Positions 28,645 through 37,694 of a DNA stretch of 64,000 nucleotides are shown piece after piece. Within the stretch, counting starts at the first letter, position 1. Every line of letters begins with the position of its first letter. This stretch comes from Candidatus Omnitrophota bacterium (GTDB taxonomy: Bacteria; Omnitrophota; Gorgyraeia; Zapsychrales; Zapsychraceae), in NCBI GenBank assembly GCA_023247445.1, contig JAHFGL010000008.1:13774-77773 (forward strand), written 5' to 3'. The notes under the pieces are model-generated. The model did not search any database and was not told where the DNA came from. It saw only the letters and a list, made by a program, of their open reading frames with translations. The translations under genes and the position numbers were made by a program.

Positions 28645-29801
28645 TGGGAGAATTAGAAACGATGCCTAAAAAAATACTTTTTATTACGAGTACTCGCGCC
28701 GATTTTGGCAAACTGAAACCGCTGATGAGAAAAGTTGAACAATCATCCGCGTTTGAATGTTATATCTTTGTTACGGGGATGCACATGCTTTCTCGTTACG
28801 GCTCAACGATTAATGAAATCAAAAAAAGTAATTTTAAGAATATTTTTCCCTATATGAACCAGATGGACAATAACGGTTTTGATATGGATATCGTTTTAGC
28901 AAATACCATCCAAGGTATCGGTCATTATAGTCGAGAATATAAGCCGGATATGATTGTTGTTCATGGGGATCGTGTGGAGGCTCTCGCTGGTGCTATTGTG
29001 GGAACATTAAATAATATCCTTGTGGCGCATATTGAGGGAGGTGAGGTATCCGGTACGGTGGATGAACTGATCCGTCACGCGGTCAGTAAATTGGCTCATC
29101 TTCATTTTGTCGCTAATGATGAAGCGCGTATGCGCTTGATTCAGATGGGAGAGACCAAGGATTCGATTTTCGTGATAGGCTCACCGGATATCGACGTAAT
29201 GCTTTCCGAGAGCCTGCCTACTTTACAGGAAGTTAAACAAAGATATGATATCCCGTTTGAGGAATATTTTATTTTTTCCTATCATCCCGTGACAACAGCT
29301 CTCCATAAATTGATACAGGATATTGATGTTGTGGTAGACACGATAAAAGATTCCAGACTCAATTTTATCATCATTTATCCCAACAATGACCGTGGTTCGG
29401 ATATTATTCTGGAATCGTTGAAACGTTTAGAAAACAACATGCGTTTTAAGCTTTTTTCTTCTCTGCGCTTTGAATATTTTTTAACGCTTCTTAAACACGC
29501 TAAGGCTATCGTGGGCAACTCCAGTGCTGGAATAAGGGAAGCGCCGGTTTACGGAGTCCCAACCATCAATATAGGCAATAGACAAATCAATCGATACCAG
29601 TATCCATCCATCGTGGATGTCCGCGAGAATAAGAGTGATATCCTTGGCGCTTTAAGAAATCTTCCTACGGGGATAAAACCGTCTTTGCATTTTGGCGACG
29701 GTAATAGCGCTGAAGCTTTTTTACAATACTTGCAAGATCCTGGATTTTGGTCAAGATCGTGCCAAAAACAATTCCAAAATTTTTCTGATGTTGTTTTATA
29801 G
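28644..29801 (+). CDS. neuC: Hydrolysing UDP-GlcNAc 2-epimerase
   Basis: TRADFGKLKPL, TGMH, HGDRVE, HIEGGEVSGTVDE, GNSSAGIREAP; recalls Neisseria SiaA. Confidence 0.9.
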   Translation: MGELETMPKKILFITSTRADFGKLKPLMRKVEQSSAFECYIFVTGMHMLSRYGSTINEIKKSNFKNIFPYMNQMDNNGFDMDIVLANTIQGIGHYSREYKPDMIVVHGDRVEALAGAIVGTLNNILVAHIEGGEVSGTVDELIRHAVSKLAHLHFVANDEARMRLIQMGETKDSIFVIGSPDIDVMLSESLPTLQEVKQRYDIPFEEYFIFSYHPVTTALHKLIQDIDVVVDTIKDSRLNFIIIYPNNDRGSDIILESLKRLENNMRFKLFSSLRFEYFLTLLKHAKAIVGNSSAGIREAPVYGVPTINIGNRQINRYQYPSIVDVRENKSDILGALRNLPTGIKPSLHFGDGNSAEAFLQYLQDPGFWSRSCQKQFQNFSDVVL

Positions 29802-29811
29802 AAAAAGTTAA

Positions 29812-30312
29812 ATGACTGCTCTTAAACATAAAAGAAAACGATTAGAATTTAAGAATATTGATTTAATCGTTTATGATTTTGACGGAGTCATGACCGACAA
29901 CCGTGTTTTGGTTTTTGATGACGGCCAAGAGGCTGTCTGGTGTAACCGCGCTGATGGATTGGCGATCAGTTTAATTAAAAAGGCAGGGATTCCCCAGATT
30001 ATTCTTTCCATGGAAGAGAACCCGGTTGTTGAGATCAGGGCCCATAAGCTCGGAATTGATGTTTTTTACGCAATAGAGGATAAAAAGACGGTGTTAATGG
30101 ATTATTGCCGCAAGAGTAATTATGATTTAAAGAAGGTCGTTTATGTTGGCAACGACATTAATGATTTGGAGGCTATGAAATTAGTTGGCTACGCGTTTGC
30201 GCCGCAAGACGCTAATATCCAAGTCAAGAATATAGCCATGATAGTTACAGAGAAAAAAGGCGGAGATGGTGTTATAAAAGAAATTTATGATCAATTTTTG
30301 AACCTTTCATAG
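29812..30312 (+). CDS. KdsC-like HAD phosphatase (ulosonate-phosphate phosphatase)
   Basis: DFDGVMTD, RADG, GNDINDL, GGDGVIKE. Confidence 0.85.
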   Translation: MTALKHKRKRLEFKNIDLIVYDFDGVMTDNRVLVFDDGQEAVWCNRADGLAISLIKKAGIPQIILSMEENPVVEIRAHKLGIDVFYAIEDKKTVLMDYCRKSNYDLKKVVYVGNDINDLEAMKLVGYAFAPQDANIQVKNIAMIVTEKKGGDGVIKEIYDQFLNLS

Positions 30313-30321
30313 GAGGAGACC

Positions 30322-31170
30322 ATGAGTATTTTTGTCATTGCTGAAATAGGGATTAATCATAATGGCGATGTTAATATAGCCAGACAGCTTATTGATGTCG
30401 CTAAAGATGCTGGTGCCGATGCGGTTAAATTCCAGAAAAGAACGATTGATTTAGTTTATTCTAAAGAATTCTTGGATTCACCGCGCGAAAGTCCATGGGG
30501 AATAACTCAGCGTCATCAAAAGGAAGGTCTCGAATTTGGCAAAAAAGGATACGACCAAATTGACGCTTATTGCAAAGAAAAGGATATCATCTGGTTTGCT
30601 TCCACCTGGGATCTAGAAAGCCAGAAGTTTCTTAGGCAGTATAAGCTTGCTTATAATAAAATTGCTTCCGCTATGCTGACTTACCGTGAGTTGTTGGAAA
30701 TGGTCGCTGAGGAGAGAAAAGACACATTTATTTCAACGGGCATGAGCGGGGAAAAAGAGATTGAAACTGCCATCAAGATATTTAGAAACGCGGGATGCCC
30801 GTTCGAATTGATGCACTGTGTTTCGACGTATCCTATGAACGATGAGGACGCTAATTTAAACTGCATTAAAACATTGCAGGAACGATTTCAATGTAAGGTT
30901 GGATACAGCGGCCATGAAGTCGGTTTAGCCATCTCTTATGCGGCGGCTGCGTTAGGGATTACTTCGCTGGAACGCCATATCACCTTAAGCCGGGCAATGT
31001 ATGGTTCCGATCAGGCGGCATCGGTTGAGCCGGCTGGTTTCCGGCAGTTAGTTGGCGCGGTAAGAAAAATTGAGAAGGCTCTAGGAAATGGGGAAATTAG
31101 CATTCACGAGAAAGAAATTCCTATCGCCCAGAAGTTAAGGGCGCATATCCCTTTAATGGTTAGTAAATAA
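30322..31170 (+). CDS. NeuB-family ulosonate synthase lacking the SAF domain
   Basis: AEIGINHNGD, VKFQKR, KIASA, GYSGHE, ERHITL..GSDQAASVEP; ends at 282 aa. Confidence 0.85.
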   Translation: MSIFVIAEIGINHNGDVNIARQLIDVAKDAGADAVKFQKRTIDLVYSKEFLDSPRESPWGITQRHQKEGLEFGKKGYDQIDAYCKEKDIIWFASTWDLESQKFLRQYKLAYNKIASAMLTYRELLEMVAEERKDTFISTGMSGEKEIETAIKIFRNAGCPFELMHCVSTYPMNDEDANLNCIKTLQERFQCKVGYSGHEVGLAISYAAAALGITSLERHITLSRAMYGSDQAASVEPAGFRQLVGAVRKIEKALGNGEISIHEKEIPIAQKLRAHIPLMVSK

Positions 31171-31184
31171 CTTAGAGATTTAAG

Positions 31185-31874
31185 ATGATAGAGATCAATA
31201 AAAAAAGACATGTTGTGGTGATTCCCGCACGCAGAGGGAGCAAAGGGTTTCCATTTAAGAACCGTCTTTTATTTGATGAGACGGCTGATTTTATCGATCG
31301 ACACGGCTGGTTTGATCAGGTGATTGTTTCGACTGATGATGAAATCGTTGAAGAAAAGACCATGGCCAGAGGGTATGTAATCCATGCTCGTCCGCAAGAG
31401 CTTAGCGGCGATGCCGTTTCCATCAAAAGGGTAATGCAATCTGTTATCCATGACTTGAAATTATCAAAAGATACTATCATGTGGTTGTTTTATTTGTCTA
31501 TTGTGTATAAAAATATATCAGATTTTCTAAAGGCAAAACAGATTATAGAAGAAGGGAAAGTCTTGAGCATATGTGGTTTTGTTCCGGCTAAATCGCACCC
31601 CTTCACATGTTGGTCTTATGACCAGAGGAATGGTATATTAAAGCAGTATATTAATAACGATATCTACCGCCGGCAGGATCGTCCCCGGGCTTGGACGTAT
31701 CACCATTACATCAGCTGTTTTAAAACCGCAGAAATAGAGCACCTTAACAGCGAACTTATTAATAATAAGACGTATCCCTTTTTTCTACAAAAGCAGAGGA
31801 TAGATCAACTGCTGGAAATCGATACTCCCGAGGAATATGAACAATGGAAGTCATTAGCTCAAAAAATCGTTTAA
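31185..31874 (+). CDS. Divergent NeuA-like cytidylyltransferase
   Basis: IPARRGSKGFPFKN, VSTDD, RRQD, EIDTPEE; the QPTSPxR motif is not recognisable. Confidence 0.7.
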   Translation: MIEINKKRHVVVIPARRGSKGFPFKNRLLFDETADFIDRHGWFDQVIVSTDDEIVEEKTMARGYVIHARPQELSGDAVSIKRVMQSVIHDLKLSKDTIMWLFYLSIVYKNISDFLKAKQIIEEGKVLSICGFVPAKSHPFTCWSYDQRNGILKQYINNDIYRRQDRPRAWTYHHYISCFKTAEIEHLNSELINNKTYPFFLQKQRIDQLLEIDTPEEYEQWKSLAQKIV

Positions 31875-32761
31875 GAAGACAGCCCATTCTCGATAAAACA
31901 GCCGCTATTTACCGCAGATTGGGTATTATTCAAGGCAGATTGTCACCGGCGGTTGACAATAAAATACAATCCTTTCCTAAAGGACAGTGGCAGAATGAAT
32001 TTTTGTTGTGTAAGGAATTAGGGATCAGTTGTATCGAATGGATTTTTGAGTATGATGGAGCAGGAAATAATCCATTGTGTTCAGATTCCGGTATCAGGGA
32101 AATGCTAAGGGTGCAGCAGCAATACGGCGTGGTGATTAATTCCGTATTGGCTGATTATTTTATGGTTAAAAAATTATTTAGTGAGGATAAAAAAGAGACT
32201 GAGGAAGCGATCAGCACTTTAAATTTTATCATTACTCAATGCCAACTGTGTCATATCCCTATAATTGAAATTCCCTTTGTGGATTCCTCTTCTTTAAACA
32301 CAGAAAAAGACAAAGAAAGAGCAGTGCATAATTTAAAACAACCGCTAAGGTATGCTCAGGAGTGCGGCATAAAAATCAGCATGGAAACCTCTTTGGCGCC
32401 AAAGGAGTTTAAAGGATTTATTCATGCCCTTGATTCATCGGCAGTAGGAGCCAATTACGATACGGGTAACAGCGCATCATTAGGTTATGATCCCTATGAG
32501 GAGATTGATGTTCTTGGTGAATATATTGTCAATGTGCATATCAAAGATAGACTAAAAGCTGCAGGAACGGTGCCTTTGGGTTGTGGTGACACAGACTTCT
32601 CTGCTGTTTTTAAAGCTTTAAAAGCTAAGAATTATAGGGGAGATTTTATGCTGCAAGGAGCACGTCAATATCTCGAAGGATTGGAAACAAAAAAAGATAT
32701 TAAAGAAACCATCTGTAGTTATATAAATTTTGTGAAGCCGTTTTTGAGGGAATTCGCATGA
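31844..32761 (+). CDS. Sugar-phosphate isomerase/epimerase (xylose-isomerase-like TIM barrel, UlaE/SgbU-like)
   Basis: GIIQGRLS, IEW, MET, NYDTGN, HIKDR, VPLGCGD. Confidence 0.75.
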   Translation: MEVISSKNRLRRQPILDKTAAIYRRLGIIQGRLSPAVDNKIQSFPKGQWQNEFLLCKELGISCIEWIFEYDGAGNNPLCSDSGIREMLRVQQQYGVVINSVLADYFMVKKLFSEDKKETEEAISTLNFIITQCQLCHIPIIEIPFVDSSSLNTEKDKERAVHNLKQPLRYAQECGIKISMETSLAPKEFKGFIHALDSSAVGANYDTGNSASLGYDPYEEIDVLGEYIVNVHIKDRLKAAGTVPLGCGDTDFSAVFKALKAKNYRGDFMLQGARQYLEGLETKKDIKETICSYINFVKPFLREFA

Positions 32762-33816
32762 ACGTACTATTTTTTGGTTTAGGCAGTGTTGGACAGCGGC
32801 ATTTGCGCAATTTGTTGAAAATAAATCCGGACGCCCGTATCGCCGCGATAAGAAAAAAGGGACGATTATTTGAAATCGGATATGATTTACAACCCGATTA
32901 TAATACTGATATTGTCAGGAAATATAAGATTGAGCTCTTTTCATCGCTGAAGGAGGCAAAAGCCTTTAACCCTGATTTTGCTATTGTGGCTAATCCAACA
33001 AGCCAGCATGTACCTACAGCGCTGGAATTGGCAGCCAATGATATCCCGATTTTTTTGGAAAAACCTATTTCGGAGAGTTTTGATCAGCTTCAAGACTTGG
33101 TACAGCTTGCTCAAGAACGAGACGTCCCCATCATGGTCGGATATATGATGAGATTTCATCCAGGCGCTATCAAAATGAAAGAATTGATTGACAATAAAAA
33201 AATCGGAAAAATTTATTCGGTTATTTTGATCGTCAATTCTTACATGCCCTCCTGGCATAAGTATGAGCAATACAATGAATCTTACGCCGGGAAAAAATCG
33301 TTGGGTGGTGGAGTGGTGGTTACCGAAATCCATGAACTCGATCTTTTAAACTGGTATTTTGGATCTCCCCAAAGGCTCTGGGCAGTGGGAGGTAAATTGA
33401 GCTCCCTTGATATTGATGTGGAAGATACCGTTGGTATTTTGTTTGAACAAGAGTTCGATAGAGAAAAATTCCCCATTGTGATTAATATGTCATTTGCCCA
33501 AAAGGCCATGTCACGTAAAATGCTGATCCATGGAGAACGCGGAAAAATTGAGTGGGATATTCTTGCCTCAAAAATAACGGTTGAAGATAAGGCGGATAAC
33601 CAACAGCAAGTGTATGACTATCCTGAGTTTCAGCGTAACGACATGTTTATCACCGAGCTTAAATATTTTATAGAATGTCTTAATAAAAAAACAGAGCCGT
33701 CGACTTCTTTGAATAAAGTTCTGGGGGGACATTCAACGGCATTGGCTATAAAGGATTCGCTGGATACCAAATCAATCGTCGAATACCCCGATGTACTAAG
33801 ACGGGTGACAGTGTAA
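32758..33816 (+). CDS. Gfo/Idh/MocA oxidoreductase
   Basis: GLGSVGQRH, LEKP, GYMMRFHP, GGGVVVTEIHELD. Confidence 0.85.
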   Translation: MNVLFFGLGSVGQRHLRNLLKINPDARIAAIRKKGRLFEIGYDLQPDYNTDIVRKYKIELFSSLKEAKAFNPDFAIVANPTSQHVPTALELAANDIPIFLEKPISESFDQLQDLVQLAQERDVPIMVGYMMRFHPGAIKMKELIDNKKIGKIYSVILIVNSYMPSWHKYEQYNESYAGKKSLGGGVVVTEIHELDLLNWYFGSPQRLWAVGGKLSSLDIDVEDTVGILFEQEFDREKFPIVINMSFAQKAMSRKMLIHGERGKIEWDILASKITVEDKADNQQQVYDYPEFQRNDMFITELKYFIECLNKKTEPSTSLNKVLGGHSTALAIKDSLDTKSIVEYPDVLRRVTV

Positions 33817-33826
33817 GGATAGAAAA

Positions 33827-35650
33827 ATGGTCATTCTAGGACTTCATGACAATCATGGTGCAAGTGCCGCGCTTCTTGTGGATGGAAAAGTTGTCGCGGC
33901 CGTTGAAGAGGAGCGTTTCACTCGGCTTAAAATGGATTCTGGATTTCCAAAGATGGCCATAGACTATCTTCGCGGCCAATATAAAGAAGAATTCCGTAAT
34001 CTAGACTATGTCGCCATTGGATGTGTTTATCAATCCCTTAAAGATTTTGCCACTAAACGCTACCCGTTGTTTGGAATCAAAGATTTCTTAATTGAAGAAG
34101 AAAAATTTTGGATTCCGGTTCTTGAAGGAAAGAATCCAAATTACATGGATGTTATGAAAGAATATGTGAATTCCTCTCTCTGCCATTATCCTCTTGATAC
34201 AATTAAAAATCCTTCCAATCATAATGAAATTCGAAAGATACGCCAGACATTTATCGCCGAGTATTTAAACATACCCATCGAAAAAGTTGGATTTGTTGAC
34301 CATCATGCCTGCCACGCGCATCACGCTTATTTCTCGAGCCCATTACGTAAGGATGTCCTTATATTTACCATCGATGGATGGGGGGATTTTACCAATGCTA
34401 CCGTGCACTCTGTAGAAAAGAATGGTGAATTAAAATGTCTTTACCGCACAGAAAATTGCCACATTGGCCACGTTTATCGTTTTATTACGATGCTTTTAGG
34501 CATGAAACCCGCGGAACACGAATATAAGGTAATGGGGCTGGCTGCTTACGCCAAGGAACATTACATCCGTGAACCTTTAAAGGTCTTTGAACAAACATAT
34601 TATGTTGATGGACTTGAATTTAAAATCGGCACGCCAATTAAAAATCACTATCAATATTTTAAGAAGCGTTTGGAAGGATTCCGTTTTGATGCTATCGCCG
34701 GTGCCGTACAGCGTTATACGGAAAATATGCTTGTCCAATGGGTCAAGAATTGGGTGGAACATACCGGATTTTCCAATGTTGTGTTTAGCGGTGGATTAGC
34801 CTTAAATATCAAAGCATCCAAACGGATTTCAGAATTGCCGCAGATTAAAGACATGTTTGTGTGTATGGCCAGCGGAGACGAATCGTTATCCATAGGAGCG
34901 GCTCAGAAAAAGTGGGTGGATTTGGCCGGCGCCGCTGAACTGCAACCAATCACAGCACCTTATTTGGGGCCGGGGTTCGATGAAAAGGATATCAAAGAGG
35001 CCCTGACTCATCCATTTGTCCGTGATCATTACAAGATTATTGAGAAAATTTCTCTTGTGGATATTGCCAAGCTTCTTGTACGCGGGGAAATTGTGGCTTT
35101 TATGATGTCCAATATGGAATTTGGGCCGCGGGCACTAGGCCACAGATCCATTCTCGCAGATCCACGGGATGAAAAGATCGTGCGAGTGATTAATGAAGCG
35201 ATCAAAAACCGGGATTTTTGGATGCCATTTACACCGAGTATCCTAGAAGAGCGCGCCGAGGATTATTTAATAAATCCAAAAAAGCTTAAGGCCCCGTATA
35301 TGACGATGGCTTTTGACGCGACGCAGAAAGCTAAAGACGAACTTAAAGCGGCAATCCATCCTTATGATATGACATTGCGCCCCCAAGTTGTCATGAAAAA
35401 ATACTCTCCCCGTTACCATGCTTTGATCCGTGAGTTTGAATGTTTGACCGGCGTCGGTGGGTTGCTTAATACGTCTTTTAATATTCATGGGAAACCCATT
35501 GTGCGTAAACCCATTGATGCGATTCGTGAGGTGATATCTCATGAGCTAGTGGATTTAAAATATGTCGTTTTGGATGATGTTTTGCTGGAAAAAAATATGG
35601 CGCGCAAACAGAAAACAATTATTAAACAGGAACAGCTGGCAGAGTTATGA
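33827..35650 (+). CDS. NodU/CmcH-family O-carbamoyltransferase
   Basis: AAVEEERFTR, HHACHA, DGWGD, EYKVMGLAAY, EFGPRALGHRSILADP, LLNTSFNIHGKP. Confidence 0.92.
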   Translation: MVILGLHDNHGASAALLVDGKVVAAVEEERFTRLKMDSGFPKMAIDYLRGQYKEEFRNLDYVAIGCVYQSLKDFATKRYPLFGIKDFLIEEEKFWIPVLEGKNPNYMDVMKEYVNSSLCHYPLDTIKNPSNHNEIRKIRQTFIAEYLNIPIEKVGFVDHHACHAHHAYFSSPLRKDVLIFTIDGWGDFTNATVHSVEKNGELKCLYRTENCHIGHVYRFITMLLGMKPAEHEYKVMGLAAYAKEHYIREPLKVFEQTYYVDGLEFKIGTPIKNHYQYFKKRLEGFRFDAIAGAVQRYTENMLVQWVKNWVEHTGFSNVVFSGGLALNIKASKRISELPQIKDMFVCMASGDESLSIGAAQKKWVDLAGAAELQPITAPYLGPGFDEKDIKEALTHPFVRDHYKIIEKISLVDIAKLLVRGEIVAFMMSNMEFGPRALGHRSILADPRDEKIVRVINEAIKNRDFWMPFTPSILEERAEDYLINPKKLKAPYMTMAFDATQKAKDELKAAIHPYDMTLRPQVVMKKYSPRYHALIREFECLTGVGGLLNTSFNIHGKPIVRKPIDAIREVISHELVDLKYVVLDDVLLEKNMARKQKTIIKQEQLAEL

Positions 35651-36474
35651 ATACTTTAGGAAAATTTCGACTGGATGGAAAAATTGCCGTTATTACTGGC
35701 GGAGCCGGTCTTTTGGGCGTTAAACATGCAACAGTGATCGCCGAAGCTGGAGGCATTCCAGTTCTATGGGATGTTAATGAAAAAGCCATGCAAGATTGTG
35801 CTAAGAAAATGAAGCGTCAATATGATGCGGATTGCTTGGCTATAGATGTTGATATTACCAATCTCGGATCGATTCGCAATGGCCTCAAAAAAGTGTTAAA
35901 AAAGTTTAATAAAATTGACGTCCTTATTAACAATGCTGCCAATAATCCCAAAATGGATGGAAAAAGTAATCCAGCCTGGGGCCGCTTAGAGAATTTCGCT
36001 TTTGATTTATGGCAGAAGGATATTTCCGTTGGATTGACAGGCGCTTTTCTTTGCAGTCAAGTTATCGGATCACATATGGCTGAACATAACGGCGGGATTA
36101 TCCTCAATGTCGCTTCCGATCTTGGCGTTATTGCGCCTGATCAAAGGGTATATCAGAGAAAAGGATTGAGGGACTATGAACAACCAGTTAAACCAGTTAC
36201 GTATTCTGTTGTTAAACACGGTATCATCGGTTTGACGAAATATTTAGCGACCTATTGGGCGCATAAAAGTATCCGTGTGAATGCCATCTCCCCAGGAGGA
36301 ATTTACGCTGGTCAGTCAATAGAATTTGTTCGAAAATTAATTGATAGGATTCCCTTAGGGCGTATGGCTAATCAAGATGAGTATATGGCCGCTGTCCTTT
36401 TTTTGGTCTCGGATGCCTCGGCGTATATGACGGGGTCTAATCTTGTTATGGACGGCGGCAGGACATGTTGGTAG
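35647..36474 (+). CDS. Classical SDR oxidoreductase (PtmA/ElaC-like)
   Basis: TGGAGLLG, NNAA, YSVVK, RVNAISPGG, DGG. Confidence 0.85.
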   Translation: MNTLGKFRLDGKIAVITGGAGLLGVKHATVIAEAGGIPVLWDVNEKAMQDCAKKMKRQYDADCLAIDVDITNLGSIRNGLKKVLKKFNKIDVLINNAANNPKMDGKSNPAWGRLENFAFDLWQKDISVGLTGAFLCSQVIGSHMAEHNGGIILNVASDLGVIAPDQRVYQRKGLRDYEQPVKPVTYSVVKHGIIGLTKYLATYWAHKSIRVNAISPGGIYAGQSIEFVRKLIDRIPLGRMANQDEYMAAVLFLVSDASAYMTGSNLVMDGGRTCW

Positions 36475-36511
36475 AGATAATGTTGCAGCAGACAGATTTT
36501 AAAGATATAAA

Positions 36512-37693
36512 ATGATTAAAAGAATAATTTTTTTAAGAGAAACTCATTTTAACTTCACGAGAAATCAGACCGCCTGTCTCGACCTTTTAAAAAAGAACGG
36601 TTTCCGAGTTGAAGTGTGGGATATGATGCCTGTGTTACATGCTGAATTTCTAAAAAGTTATACTTATCCGCATTCTTATAATTATGATGAGTTAACTGTG
36701 TTTCATGATAAGACACAAGCGTATCGTGTTTTATCGAATTTGTCGCAAAGTGATTTTGTCATTAATGATATTAGTTATTTATTCTGGAACTTAGGAATCT
36801 ATCAGGCACTAAGCAAATCAAAGGCACTGTACGCCGTTTTTTATGCTAACGCTGTGCCCATCTATAAAGACGGCCGAAAGCAGCTGCTTAAAAAAAGACT
36901 GAGACTCTTTTTGGGTTTTAAGCGCCCCCATTCAAAATTTTTAGTCCTATGGAAAAAATTATATATGCGGTTACCTTTTCGCTGGCTTGGGATTCGGCCA
37001 GCGAGTTTGATTCTCGCTGGCGGCGAACGGTGTTTTATTTACCGCTATCCGGTTGATAAAAATACCAAAGTTCTTCAAATCCATTCCTTAGATTATGATT
37101 TGTATTTAAGAGATAAAGAAAAGCCAACTACGGTAAAACCCACAGCTGTTTTTATAGATGAATTTCTCCCTTTTGCGCATGATAGTCTTTTTGACGGCAG
37201 GGGAATTCCCATCACTGCCGAAAAATATTATCCGTTGCTTAACCGTTTTTTTGATCGAGTCGAAGAGAAGACAGGTTTAAAGGTGATTATCGCGGCCGGT
37301 CCGCGGTCTTATTACGAAAGTTTGCCGGATTATTTTAATGGCCGCCAATGTATTAGAGGAAAAACAATTGATTTGATTAAAGAATCATCCTTGGTTTTAG
37401 CGCATCGCAGTACGGCTGTGAGTTTCTGTAATCTTTATAATAAACCGGTTATTTTCTTGACCTGTTCTGATTTGGAGAAACAATGTGATGGTGGTGAAAT
37501 TAAAGAAATGGCCGAATGGTTTGGCAAAAAACCCGTATTTGTGGAAGATGGCAACACAATTAATTGGCAGGAAGAATTAACTGTCAGTAAAGTTCATTAC
37601 GATCGTTATCGCCAGAGCTATATAAAAACAAAAGATTCCCCGGAATTACCTTTTTGGCAGGTCGTAGCCGATCAATTGAAAGAGAATTTCTAA
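36512..37693 (+). CDS. Uncharacterised protein, possible GT-B-fold transferase
   Basis: 393 aa in operon; HSLDYD, VFIDE, AAGPR and HRSTAV...KPV C-terminal pattern. Confidence 0.45.
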   Translation: MIKRIIFLRETHFNFTRNQTACLDLLKKNGFRVEVWDMMPVLHAEFLKSYTYPHSYNYDELTVFHDKTQAYRVLSNLSQSDFVINDISYLFWNLGIYQALSKSKALYAVFYANAVPIYKDGRKQLLKKRLRLFLGFKRPHSKFLVLWKKLYMRLPFRWLGIRPASLILAGGERCFIYRYPVDKNTKVLQIHSLDYDLYLRDKEKPTTVKPTAVFIDEFLPFAHDSLFDGRGIPITAEKYYPLLNRFFDRVEEKTGLKVIIAAGPRSYYESLPDYFNGRQCIRGKTIDLIKESSLVLAHRSTAVSFCNLYNKPVIFLTCSDLEKQCDGGEIKEMAEWFGKKPVFVEDGNTINWQEELTVSKVHYDRYRQSYIKTKDSPELPFWQVVADQLKENF

Positions 37694-37694
37694 A

